DNA from: a virus
Length of the DNA stretch: 44,584 nucleotides
Reading direction: 5' to 3' (one strand)
IMG/VR virus record: IMGVR_UViG_3300002307_000022
Coordinates: 1 to 44,584 of that record
Under the pieces are notes generated by a model that was not told the DNA's origin, searched no databases, and worked only from the letters and a program-made list of their open reading frames with translations. Within the stretch, counting starts at the first letter, position 1. Every line of letters begins with the position of its first letter. Below, in pieces: positions 26,894-35,328 of the stretch. Both the position numbers and the translations under genes were made by a program.

Positions 26894-28388
26894 ATGTTGC
26901 TAATGGATCTTCTATGTTCCTATCTTTAGGAGTCAATATCCACCCTTCTTTTTTCGCTAATTCTTGTAGCTGTATATCCGAATCCCACTGTTGGCTACTA
27001 TCACCATTTACTAAATTGTTAGATCCTGTATTCGTGATAGGTAATTTATCAAACCAATCAGTTAATATTTCAGGAAATACATAGATACTCTTATCACGAC
27101 GCTGATCATATTGGGTATAGAATGTTTTAAAGTCTCTCCATAATGTTATCTTATTGCTTGTGTGTCGGTGTGGTGCATCAACTGTATCTAAATAGTCTAT
27201 CAATCTCTCCATAGAGGCTAACTCAAACTCGTGCCAAAGAGGATTATGTTTGTTATTATTATACCAAGTTTCTAGTTTATCCTTACAGTAACTCTTTATG
27301 TGATCAGGTAGTGCTAAAGGACTTTGAAAACTAGGAAACCTCAATAGATTTAAACTTACACTAGGATTCTTAGTTCCAGACAAGATCTTTAAGCTATAAA
27401 TTTCATCTAAAAATTCAGTAATACTAAAGAGACAGAGGCTGTTTATAGTCATCATCACGTGTAAACCTTTTAGATTAGCTTGTGTACCCAATCGTATTAC
27501 ATTACGTTTCCACATATCATAATCAAATCCGTCCCTTATATACTCTGCTTGAGGACCAAATGCTTCGCAACTTGTATACAAGTGGAAGTGCTTAACTTTT
27601 TTGCTCTTTTCAATGAGCTTATCTATGATATCATCTTTAGCTATGAGGTTACTGTTAATAGCAAATCTCATATCGCTGTCTTGTGCGTTAAACCAATCAA
27701 ATAATTTCCAAGTATTAGCACTCATTAGAGGTTCACCGCCAGTGATTCGCAGTTCTTCCAAACTTTCACTTAGCCCATTATCCCACCATTTCCAAAAGGC
27801 TTCTACATATGGATTGTCTTCATCTCGTTTAAATGGTTCAGCCCAGCTGCCATCTTGCTTAAAAGCATTGGCTCCGTCGCTTACTAGATTTTTATATACC
27901 CCATTCTGCTTGATATCACGTGCCCAAGTAGTACTAAAACTAGCATTACAATAGCTACAAGCTAAGTTGCATACCCTATCAAAGCTTATTTCAAGTGTCT
28001 TTAGCTGTTCATTGTGAGTCCAGGATTGTTTAGCTATAGTTTCTATCTCTTCATCACTATATATAATGGTTTTAAACACACGATCGCTTACTGTATCTTT
28101 GCCTATATCTTCAATCTTCCAGCAATATTCACACTCTGCAGGTCGTTCACCTTCCTGCATCATTTTGCGCATTAGCTTCTTATGCTTAGTATTGTGTATG
28201 GCTGTATAACTTTCTTGTACTTCCTCTAATGGGATCTTGTGTGCTGGCGGGTGATGACAGCTAGCAGTAGTGCCGCTACCTAACCAAGTAGTGGCATTTA
28301 GCCACTTGGCGGCACAGAAGCTTTTGCTCTTAGTATCAATAACACGGTCTCTATATTCAATCAGCGTTTCGTTGGGGGTTTTAGGCAT
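26886..28388 (-). CDS. radical SAM enzyme with N-terminal twitch domain
   Basis: FCAAKW..SCHHP..CEYCW; CNLACSYC; ITGGEP; INSN. Confidence 0.9.
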   Translation of the reverse strand: MPKTPNETLIEYRDRVIDTKSKSFCAAKWLNATTWLGSGTTASCHHPPAHKIPLEEVQESYTAIHNTKHKKLMRKMMQEGERPAECEYCWKIEDIGKDTVSDRVFKTIIYSDEEIETIAKQSWTHNEQLKTLEISFDRVCNLACSYCNASFSTTWARDIKQNGVYKNLVSDGANAFKQDGSWAEPFKRDEDNPYVEAFWKWWDNGLSESLEELRITGGEPLMSANTWKLFDWFNAQDSDMRFAINSNLIAKDDIIDKLIEKSKKVKHFHLYTSCEAFGPQAEYIRDGFDYDMWKRNVIRLGTQANLKGLHVMMTINSLCLFSITEFLDEIYSLKILSGTKNPSVSLNLLRFPSFQSPLALPDHIKSYCKDKLETWYNNNKHNPLWHEFELASMERLIDYLDTVDAPHRHTSNKITLWRDFKTFYTQYDQRRDKSIYVFPEILTDWFDKLPITNTGSNNLVNGDSSQQWDSDIQLQELAKKEGWILTPKDRNIEDPLATYD

Positions 28389-29754
28389 TCCATTCCTCTA
28401 AAAATTTTGCATACTCTGGAAATGTAGCTGAGAAGTCTGTTTTCCTGCGCTTATCATATTCGTTTATATACTTTACAAAGTCCTGTTTAGCAACGGTTGT
28501 ATTTTCGTCCTGTAATAGAAAATCACAAAATCTCTTTATTTGATCCCATTCTTCTAAATATATACGAGCAAATCTCTCAGTAGTGTGATATTTTAAGCAG
28601 CTCTCTGATTTGTTAAGTATCTCTGCAACGTATTGCTCTCTTATATCTCTAGGCAATAGTGTAGCACTTAGATAAGTAGGCCATCTTAAAAAATTAATAG
28701 ACAATGGTACACGATTGTACTCAAACGCCTTGTTAAATTCTTTCCTAAATTCCATAATCACATCTATAAAATCAACCATAGTAGGTAGACTTAGTATGTT
28801 TATAGTGGTCATTACAGCTACATTTACTTCAGTTTGTTCTAAAACCTTCCTAACATTTCGAGACCATAACTCATAATCTAACCCAAACCTAGAATACTCT
28901 GCTTGTATACCTGTACTTTCTAAGCTAGTATAAACATCTATTTTTTTTACACATCCTTTTATATTGTTTATTTCAGCTATAAATCTATCTATCAATTTGT
29001 CATCAACACATAGATTGCTGTTTATAGCTATCTCTAGCCCAGGTTTCGGATTTTCTTTTATATAGGTAAAGACTTTCCATAAATCTTTACTCATTAAAGG
29101 TTCGCCTCCGGTAATCCTAAACACCTTAAGTGTGTCAATAGCAGCCGGAAACCATTTCCAAAAAGCATCAACATAGGGATTGTGTTCATTATTCTTGTAA
29201 GGGTATCGACCTATCTGTTTAAGCCATCCTAGATCGTGGTTTCCTTGAGTAGTAGGGTAGGGGCCAAACTGCTTTATCTCCTCTAACCACTTGCTGCTAA
29301 CTTCAGAGCTACAATAAGAACACTTTAAGTTGCAAGCATTGCTAAAACTAACTTCTAAGTAAGTTGGGTTAATGTCTAAATTAGGATCAGATTTTGCTAT
29401 TTTATCTACATCGTTCCAAGCCCAATGATCTGCTGTTTTATAATGCCTATCTGAGAAATAGTCTTTTCCTAAATCTTCTACTTTCCAACAATAGTCACAC
29501 TCTGCTGGACGCTTGCCTGCTAACATTAACTTACGCTGTTCTTTTTTAAACGAAGAATTATGTAATGCAGCAGGATTAGCTAGTACTTCATTTACAGGAA
29601 TCTTGTGGGGAGCAGGATGATGGCAACTATGGTTATACCCGTTTTGTAAATAAAGGGTAGTCTGTAACCATTTAGCAGCACAAAACGACGGACTTATAGT
29701 ATCTATTATCTGACGTTTGTCCTTGAGTATCTGGATTTTTTCTTCATTGCTCAT
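28381..29754 (-). CDS. radical SAM enzyme with N-terminal twitch domain (tandem paralog of 26886)
   Basis: FCAAKW..SCHHP..CDYCW; CNLKCSYC; ITGGEP; ATG 29754 is the likely start. Confidence 0.9.
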   Translation of the reverse strand: MSNEEKIQILKDKRQIIDTISPSFCAAKWLQTTLYLQNGYNHSCHHPAPHKIPVNEVLANPAALHNSSFKKEQRKLMLAGKRPAECDYCWKVEDLGKDYFSDRHYKTADHWAWNDVDKIAKSDPNLDINPTYLEVSFSNACNLKCSYCSSEVSSKWLEEIKQFGPYPTTQGNHDLGWLKQIGRYPYKNNEHNPYVDAFWKWFPAAIDTLKVFRITGGEPLMSKDLWKVFTYIKENPKPGLEIAINSNLCVDDKLIDRFIAEINNIKGCVKKIDVYTSLESTGIQAEYSRFGLDYELWSRNVRKVLEQTEVNVAVMTTINILSLPTMVDFIDVIMEFRKEFNKAFEYNRVPLSINFLRWPTYLSATLLPRDIREQYVAEILNKSESCLKYHTTERFARIYLEEWDQIKRFCDFLLQDENTTVAKQDFVKYINEYDKRRKTDFSATFPEYAKFLEEWNA

Positions 29755-29814
29755 ATATAAGATAATTATCAATGATTTGCCAGCATAGTTAGCGGTCCTG
29801 GTTATAGAAAACAC

Positions 29815-29845
29815 TTGACATAGAATCTAGATATGCTATTATAAT
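29815..29845 (+). promoter_or_regulatory. sigma70-type promoter for thyX
   Basis: TTGACA-N13-TGC-TATTAT(AAT). Confidence 0.7.
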
Positions 29846-29864
29846 ACTTTAGAAGGATAGATAT

Positions 29865-30734
29865 ATGACGCTCCGTACAGAAATAGATTTTGAAACAGAT
29901 ACAAAATATAAACCAGTATTAGATCACGGGTTTGTAGGCTTAGTTGATCACATGGGTAGTGACGATGCTATAGTACGTGCTGCTAGGGTAAGCTACGGTG
30001 AAGGTACTAAGAAGGTACAGGGAGATCGAGGACTAATACGCTATCTTATGCGGCACGAACATACTACACCTTTTGAAATGTGCGAAGTCAAATTCCACAT
30101 CAAGCTGCCTATTTTCGTTATGAGGCAGCTAGTTAGACACAGGACAGCAAGCTTAAATGAATATTCCGCCCGTTACTCGGTCATCACGGACGAGTTCTAT
30201 GTACCCGAGCCAGATAAGCTCAACCCGCAAAGTACAACCAATAAGCAAGGTCGAGAAGGTGAGCTTACTGACGAACAGCGAGCGCACATTATTGCAGATC
30301 AGATCGAATCATGGGATCACGCTTACAGCGTCTACGAACAACATATCAACAACGATGGGTTGGCTAGAGAAACTGCTCGCACGATTCTCCCGGTAGGAGG
30401 GTATACTGAGTGCTACTGGAAGGCTAACTTAAAGAACTTCTTACACATGGCTCGCTTACGTATGGATAGTCACGCACAGTGGGAGATCCAAGAGTTTGCC
30501 CGTGCTATGTACGATCTAGCCAGACCATTGTTTCCACTAGCTTGCGAGGCATTTGAAGATTATGCCGTCGATTCAGTTAGGGTCAGTCGACAAGATTACG
30601 CTTTGTTAAAGAAGCTGATAAACAAAAACAAATGGGATGATTTAGTGGACAGGCTACGTTCTGAAGAAAATGTAGCTAAAACATATGATCTTAGCAAGCG
30701 AGAGTTGGAAGATTTTAAAAATCTTTGGTTATAA
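29865..30734 (+). CDS. thyX: flavin-dependent thymidylate synthase
   Basis: AARVSY, HTTPFE, RHRTASLNEYSARY, AR.ILP, HAQWEI. Confidence 0.97.
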   Translation: MTLRTEIDFETDTKYKPVLDHGFVGLVDHMGSDDAIVRAARVSYGEGTKKVQGDRGLIRYLMRHEHTTPFEMCEVKFHIKLPIFVMRQLVRHRTASLNEYSARYSVITDEFYVPEPDKLNPQSTTNKQGREGELTDEQRAHIIADQIESWDHAYSVYEQHINNDGLARETARTILPVGGYTECYWKANLKNFLHMARLRMDSHAQWEIQEFARAMYDLARPLFPLACEAFEDYAVDSVRVSRQDYALLKKLINKNKWDDLVDRLRSEENVAKTYDLSKRELEDFKNLWL

Positions 30735-30748
30735 GTAACACTATAGAA

Positions 30749-30781
30749 TCCTATATTGATAAATAGATTATCAATATAGGA
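30749..30781 (+). promoter_or_regulatory. perfect 14-bp hairpin sequestering the SD, with late promoter ATAAATA in its left arm and loop
   Basis: TCCTATATTGATAA-ATAGA-TTATCAATATAGGA; ATAAATA 30759-30765; SD AGGAG 30778-30782. Confidence 0.8.
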
Positions 30782-30788
30782 GTTAGAT

Positions 30789-31934
30789 ATGTCAATACAG
30801 TTACGTCGTGGAACTAACGCAGAAAGAGGATCTATTACACCATTAGAAGGTGAGTTAATATACGCTACTGATACTAAACTAATGTATGTTGGAGATGGTG
30901 TAACTTTAGGAGGTGTGCAAGTTTCGGGCTCAGGTGGATTAAGCGGATCGTTAGCTGGATTAGTTGATCTAGGTAACTATAGCATAACAGGAACCGGTCT
31001 AACTATTAACGGTAATACTGGAGATATAACAGCTACATCTTTTAATGGTGTAATTAATGCATCGTTAGGTAGTAATCTTACAATTGGTACTCGATCTGTA
31101 ACAAACGGAACTAACTTAACATTAAATGGCGCAACTGGAAAAATCGAAGCTGCAACATTATCTATAAGTGGCGGGTTGGCAGCAAATTTATCTACAGGCG
31201 CACATTCAATAACTAATGGTACTAATTTAACACTAAATGGTACAACTGGAAACATATCAACTGCAACACTAAATGTTAGTGATAGTGTAACTGCAAATAA
31301 ATTATATAGCGATAATATAACAACAGATCAGCTTGTATCGTACGGAACGATAGAAATCGGTGATGCAGACAATAATAATCAATTATTAATACATTGGGAA
31401 AAAGAAAATGCAACTATTCCGTTTATGAAGGTAGTTGGAGTTAATAAATCAACATTTGAAACACCTCGTATAGTTGCATATTCATCTAGAGGTTCACTTG
31501 CAGCACCCACTGCTAATATGATCGGTGATGCTCAAATAAAAATTGAAAGTTTTGGGTATGACGGTTCAACCTATTTAGGATGTGCCGGAATAGTACTTAA
31601 CATTGACCAAAGCGGCAATGTTTCTTCAGGACATGTTCCGGGCAGTATAGTATTTTATACTCAAACCGATGGGACAAGTAATACTGTAAAAGCTATGTCA
31701 TTTGATGCTAGCGGAAGACTAGCGATCAATAAAATCACTGCTGCCACAGCTACCTTAGATGTAAACGGAACCGCAAAGTTTGCTGGATTTGTTCAATTTG
31801 GTAGTTTAACTGGAACAGAAAGAACTGCGCTTACTCCAGTCAACGGAATGGTAATATATAATACCACTTCAAACAGATTTGAAGGTTATCAGAACGGTGG
31901 ATGGATACATTTAGATAATGGTACTGCTGCGTAA
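30789..31934 (+). CDS. tail-fibre/virion decoration protein
   Basis: N-terminal IQLRRGT..P.EGEL.Y.TDT..YVGDG fibre motif; Gly/Thr/Asn repeats; C-terminal GMVIYNTTSNRFEGY..GW. Confidence 0.8.
   Translation: MSIQLRRGTNAERGSITPLEGELIYATDTKLMYVGDGVTLGGVQVSGSGGLSGSLAGLVDLGNYSITGTGLTINGNTGDITATSFNGVINASLGSNLTIGTRSVTNGTNLTLNGATGKIEAATLSISGGLAANLSTGAHSITNGTNLTLNGTTGNISTATLNVSDSVTANKLYSDNITTDQLVSYGTIEIGDADNNNQLLIHWEKENATIPFMKVVGVNKSTFETPRIVAYSSRGSLAAPTANMIGDAQIKIESFGYDGSTYLGCAGIVLNIDQSGNVSSGHVPGSIVFYTQTDGTSNTVKAMSFDASGRLAINKITAATATLDVNGTAKFAGFVQFGSLTGTERTALTPVNGMVIYNTTSNRFEGYQNGGWIHLDNGTAA
30951..31280 (+). repeat. three imperfect ~37-aa fibre repeats
   Basis: LAGLVDLGNYSITG.GLTINGNTG / LGSNLTIGTRSVTNGTNLTLNGATG / LAANLSTGAHSITNGTNLTLNGTTG. 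Confidence 0.75.
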
Positions 31935-31945
31935 TTGCAACAGTA

Positions 31946-32245
31946 CTATAATACTTCTTTCGTTGTAGAAAAATCTATACGATGGTGTATATTATATAAT
32001 AGCCTAACGTGTAATGCGTAAGCAATCACTTCATTTTTTATAAAATCTTCGATACTTTGTTCAGTATCGAAGATATATATTTCGTTTAATATTGCACTAT
32101 CATCTGATATAGATGAAGTAATATCAATTATTTTTCCAGTTTTTATAAAATCTTCCTTTATTAGATTTAATATATCATCATCAAATGCAAAAAAAGGTGA
32201 GGGTGTTTTGTCAATTTTTAAAGATTTGTATACTAATTTTATCAT
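31946..32245 (-). CDS. hypothetical protein
   Basis: Coupled to the upstream minus-strand gene. Confidence 0.6.
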   Translation of the reverse strand: MIKLVYKSLKIDKTPSPFFAFDDDILNLIKEDFIKTGKIIDITSSISDDSAILNEIYIFDTEQSIEDFIKNEVIAYALHVRLLYNIHHRIDFSTTKEVL

Positions 32246-33177
32246 GCCAATACTTTTATAAATTCCTTTGATAATTTTGGACGACTAGTGATAATTTTAG
32301 TGTTAAATGGATGCCAATTAAACGGCTTTGAATTATCATACCTCTTACCAATGCAAATAAAAGTACGCATAACATAATTGTTAATATCTATGTCTTCGTA
32401 TTTCATATGTAATACATCTTCAACACGCTTAAATCTAGGATCTTCGTAATTGAAGCAATTATTAAATCCAGTGTGATATCCTGCATCAACAGCTGTTAAT
32501 CCAATCTTAGAATATAATCTTCCAGTATTATAAAGGTAACTCTTAAAATTATTATCTAAGTGTTTTGGAGGTATTGATAATATCATAGGAGCCATCATTT
32601 GTTGTTGTTTTAGATTAAAATTTTCACTGATTGCAAATTGTGTGGTTGCTGCTAATGTATATAAATTGTTAATAGTTTTTCGATCTGTAACAAAAATCTT
32701 ATATACTTCAGGATATTCAACTATAAAATCATCTATTATTTTATGTATAGAATTAACAGTAGAATCATCAACCGGTGACATATCAAACCCACGATTAGTA
32801 TGATTGTATTGAGTATATTTCTTTATGTCAAATCTTAAATCTAATATATCAACATCATTTATCAAAATTTCTACATAATTTTCTATATCACTGTCATTAA
32901 TGGTGTAAGAAATATTATTTTCATTTAAAAAGTATTCTAATGTACCAATTGCCATACCTGTTTGATGCCACTGCTCATGTATCTTTAAACAATCCGGAAA
33001 GAGTCTATCATTTCGCAATCTGTGATCAGAATCTATATATTTGTTAGTAAAAACAAATTTAACAGAAAGTCCCAAATGCTCTTGCTGAATTAAACATTCA
33101 TAAAAAGTTCTACCGCATCGAGACGGTGCTAGATATATAACATTTTCTAATGTTTCTACAAATTTACTCTTATCCAT
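32242..33177 (-). CDS. nitroreductase-fold flavoprotein-like
   Basis: LAPS motif, R.F..PV, IGLTAVDAGYHTGF..CF, ICIGK; SD GGAGG. Confidence 0.5.
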   Translation of the reverse strand: MDKSKFVETLENVIYLAPSRCGRTFYECLIQQEHLGLSVKFVFTNKYIDSDHRLRNDRLFPDCLKIHEQWHQTGMAIGTLEYFLNENNISYTINDSDIENYVEILINDVDILDLRFDIKKYTQYNHTNRGFDMSPVDDSTVNSIHKIIDDFIVEYPEVYKIFVTDRKTINNLYTLAATTQFAISENFNLKQQQMMAPMILSIPPKHLDNNFKSYLYNTGRLYSKIGLTAVDAGYHTGFNNCFNYEDPRFKRVEDVLHMKYEDIDINNYVMRTFICIGKRYDNSKPFNWHPFNTKIITSRPKLSKEFIKVLA

Positions 33178-33197
33178 GGTAATTTACCCTCCAACAT

Positions 33198-33205
33198 TAT
33201 TTATG
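33198..33205 (-). promoter_or_regulatory. late-like promoter CATAAATA
   Basis: Intergenic, upstream of the SD for 33177. Confidence 0.55.
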
Positions 33206-33218
33206 CATCAAAATAAGG

Positions 33219-33809
33219 TTAGCACCATCTTGGCTTTTCATTCAATTTTTCTAAAAATTTATCTGGAAATAATTGCCATACTGTTTGTACTGTTCCCCTA
33301 TATTCTACATCTTTAATGCGTTTCATTTGCCCGGTTTTTTCCATAGCAGGTCCAAAAATACGGTGTACAAGTCGCTGTGTACCTGCAGAATTTTCATTGC
33401 TAGTGATATAAAGATTAGAGCCGCTAGGTGCCCATTCTATACATACCGGTATTAAAAATTGAGATGTTATATTTTGATGAGTAGTTATTTGATTAACGGT
33501 CCTAAGTCCATTTATTTTTAAATAATCAGATTGTCTTTGTATAGTTTCAGGTAAAAGATCTGAAAATACACAAGTCCTAGTAGCTATTCGATAACTATTT
33601 GGCCCCATAATGTCATCGAAGCTATGTGCTGCTACACTTCCTAATGCTATATCATCATTATAAAGTATCCAAACTTGCTTTTCACGTTCGTTTTTAAAAC
33701 AATCAATTAACATTGCTTGACTTGAATTATTAACAAATCCTTTAATTTCGGCATGTTTATAAAATTCAGATAAATCTAAATCTAAAGACCAAGGAACTAC
33801 TTTATACAT
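33219..33809 (-). CDS. putative GNAT-fold transferase
   Basis: WILYNDDIALGSVAAH, YRIATRTCVF, LYITSN secondary-structure pattern. Confidence 0.4.
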   Translation of the reverse strand: MYKVVPWSLDLDLSEFYKHAEIKGFVNNSSQAMLIDCFKNEREKQVWILYNDDIALGSVAAHSFDDIMGPNSYRIATRTCVFSDLLPETIQRQSDYLKINGLRTVNQITTHQNITSQFLIPVCIEWAPSGSNLYITSNENSAGTQRLVHRIFGPAMEKTGQMKRIKDVEYRGTVQTVWQLFPDKFLEKLNEKPRWC

Positions 33810-34497
33810 TCCAGTTATTCTTTTTAATTATTTCTATAATTTTATCTGCTATTAAACAATTACCTTCGTCCGTAATATTGTTAGGGTTAGGATCGGTATT
33901 GTAATGAGTTTTAACTAATTCGGCTATTTCTTTTGAAACTATTCCAGATTTAAAATTAAACCAAGGCATTGCTATATGATACGGATAATCTGAAATATGT
34001 ATTGTATATGGTATCTTAGCAGAACAATATGTATCAACCATTAATGTTGCTGCTTCAAATCTATTTCTTTGTAGGTCCGGATGATGAAGATAATTTTTAT
34101 AGTAATGCATACATTCAATAAAAATTTTAGGAGTTTCAAATACTTCTTTTATTTTTCCATAAGTAAAAAATTCATTTTCAAACATCTGTTGATCAATTTG
34201 TATATCTGCATCGCTTTCAGACCATAATATTTTAGATTTATTTTCTGGAATAGTATCTACAGTGATATCTCTGTTACATTTAGGTAAGAACATATACCTA
34301 GGACCGTGTTGATGGAATATTATAGCAATGTCGAGTTTTTTAGTTTTTTTAAGATCAAATAAAACACGCTCTTCTGATCCCTGGGCAACCCCAACATTAA
34401 CGATATTACAATTTAATCTTTCTTTTACTTGGTCAATAAAACTCTTTGGATTTCCGTACCAAGATGCAGCACTATGTCCATAAAATCCAATATTCAT
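33802..34497 (-). CDS. SGNH-like protein lacking the block V His
   Basis: GFYGHSA, NVGVAQGSEER; PNNITDEGN in place of DxxH. Confidence 0.5.
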   Translation of the reverse strand: MNIGFYGHSAASWYGNPKSFIDQVKERLNCNIVNVGVAQGSEERVLFDLKKTKKLDIAIIFHQHGPRYMFLPKCNRDITVDTIPENKSKILWSESDADIQIDQQMFENEFFTYGKIKEVFETPKIFIECMHYYKNYLHHPDLQRNRFEAATLMVDTYCSAKIPYTIHISDYPYHIAMPWFNFKSGIVSKEIAELVKTHYNTDPNPNNITDEGNCLIADKIIEIIKKNNWNV

Positions 34498-34507
34498 TTG
34501 TGTTCTC

Positions 34508-34522
34508 CATAAATATATTTAA
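34508..34522. promoter_or_regulatory. abutting oppositely oriented late-like boxes (CATAAATA on +, TTAAATA on -)
   Basis: The + box points to the tRNA-like gene; the - box points to the 34497 operon. Confidence 0.5.
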
Positions 34523-34525
34523 TAA

Positions 34526-34600
34526 GCGGCTCGTAGCATAGAGGTTTATGTGCTAGATGACCAATTTAGAGACGGAGGTTCGAATCCCCCAGCCGCTCCA
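34526..34600 (+). tRNA. non-canonical tRNA-Gly-like gene (anticodon ACC, encoded CCA)
   Basis: GCGGCT(C)G/CAGCCGC acceptor stem, U73, CCA; D arm GCAT/ATGT with GG; anticodon arm CTAGA-TGACCAA-TTTAG; 4-nt variable loop AGAC; GG(A)GG-TTCGAAT-CCCC T arm. Confidence 0.75.
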
Positions 34601-35300
34601 TATCTTTAACTTTTTCTATAAAATCTACCGGATAGTTGCTTCTAAAGCTTTCCCAACATAACTGATCTAATACAGAAAATGGTTGAGGTACGTCCCATTT
34701 GATTCCTAAATTATCTAAATGTTTTTTCATTTCTATTTGCCGATTAGTATGTATATGACTTTCAACATCTTTAATACTAACTAAAGATTCAGTATTGTGA
34801 TACGTAAAAAAATAATTTATACTTTTTAATTTTTCATTTACTATAAAATAGCTGCTAGGGTGCATAGAATATTTGTGCAGCCCTAAATTCTTATGAGCTT
34901 GAATAATGTCTAACATTTGTTGTTGCCAGTCAGGTAATATCTCATCAAATGAACAATAGTTTTTATCCAAACTCCGTTGCCAAAAATCCGGGCCTGCTAT
35001 TTCTAAATATATTTTCTTTTCTTTATGATCAATATCTAAGATCTTAGGGATCATATCTGGATAGTGTTTTTCCATTAAAGATAAAAATGTCACTTCTCTC
35101 TGCCATTTTTCTTCCATTAATCTAGGATCTATTACTTGGTTTTGCCCAGCGTGATATACTCCATCATTATAATACCACTGTACGAAAACGTTGAGATCAG
35201 TTGATACTAAACTTGTATAGATTAAATTATTTCTCCAAGGAGAGTTACCCGGAACAGTATTGTAATAATACATATATTCTAAATTTCTAAATGTTTTCAT
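34566..35300 (-). CDS. protein-kinase-like/APH-fold protein with atypical catalytic loop
   Basis: WQREV.FL, IPKILDID..KIYLE, KYSMHPSSYF, KSINYF; 3' end overlaps the tRNA-like gene antisense. Confidence 0.55.
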   Translation of the reverse strand: MKTFRNLEYMYYYNTVPGNSPWRNNLIYTSLVSTDLNVFVQWYYNDGVYHAGQNQVIDPRLMEEKWQREVTFLSLMEKHYPDMIPKILDIDHKEKKIYLEIAGPDFWQRSLDKNYCSFDEILPDWQQQMLDIIQAHKNLGLHKYSMHPSSYFIVNEKLKSINYFFTYHNTESLVSIKDVESHIHTNRQIEMKKHLDNLGIKWDVPQPFSVLDQLCWESFRSNYPVDFIEKVKDMERLGDSNLRL

Positions 35301-35328
35301 CTAATATAATTTATCATAAATATCACTA
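35301..35328. promoter_or_regulatory. divergent late-like promoters (ATTTAT-C-ATAAAT), probably leaderless both ways
   Basis: CATAAATA 6 nt before ATG 35329; ATAAATT 7 nt before ATG 35300; no SD on either side. Confidence 0.5.

Noticed and set aside
30789-31934. Diversity-generating retroelement target (Mtd-like N-terminus)
   Set aside because: No reverse transcriptase, no TR/VR repeat pair and no C-type lectin variable end were seen.
34526-34600. tmRNA end or prophage attachment-site remnant
   Set aside because: It lacks the G3-U70 and A73 alanine identity and a tag region. It is a full cloverleaf rather than a 3' fragment. No integrase or duplicate copy was seen in the window.
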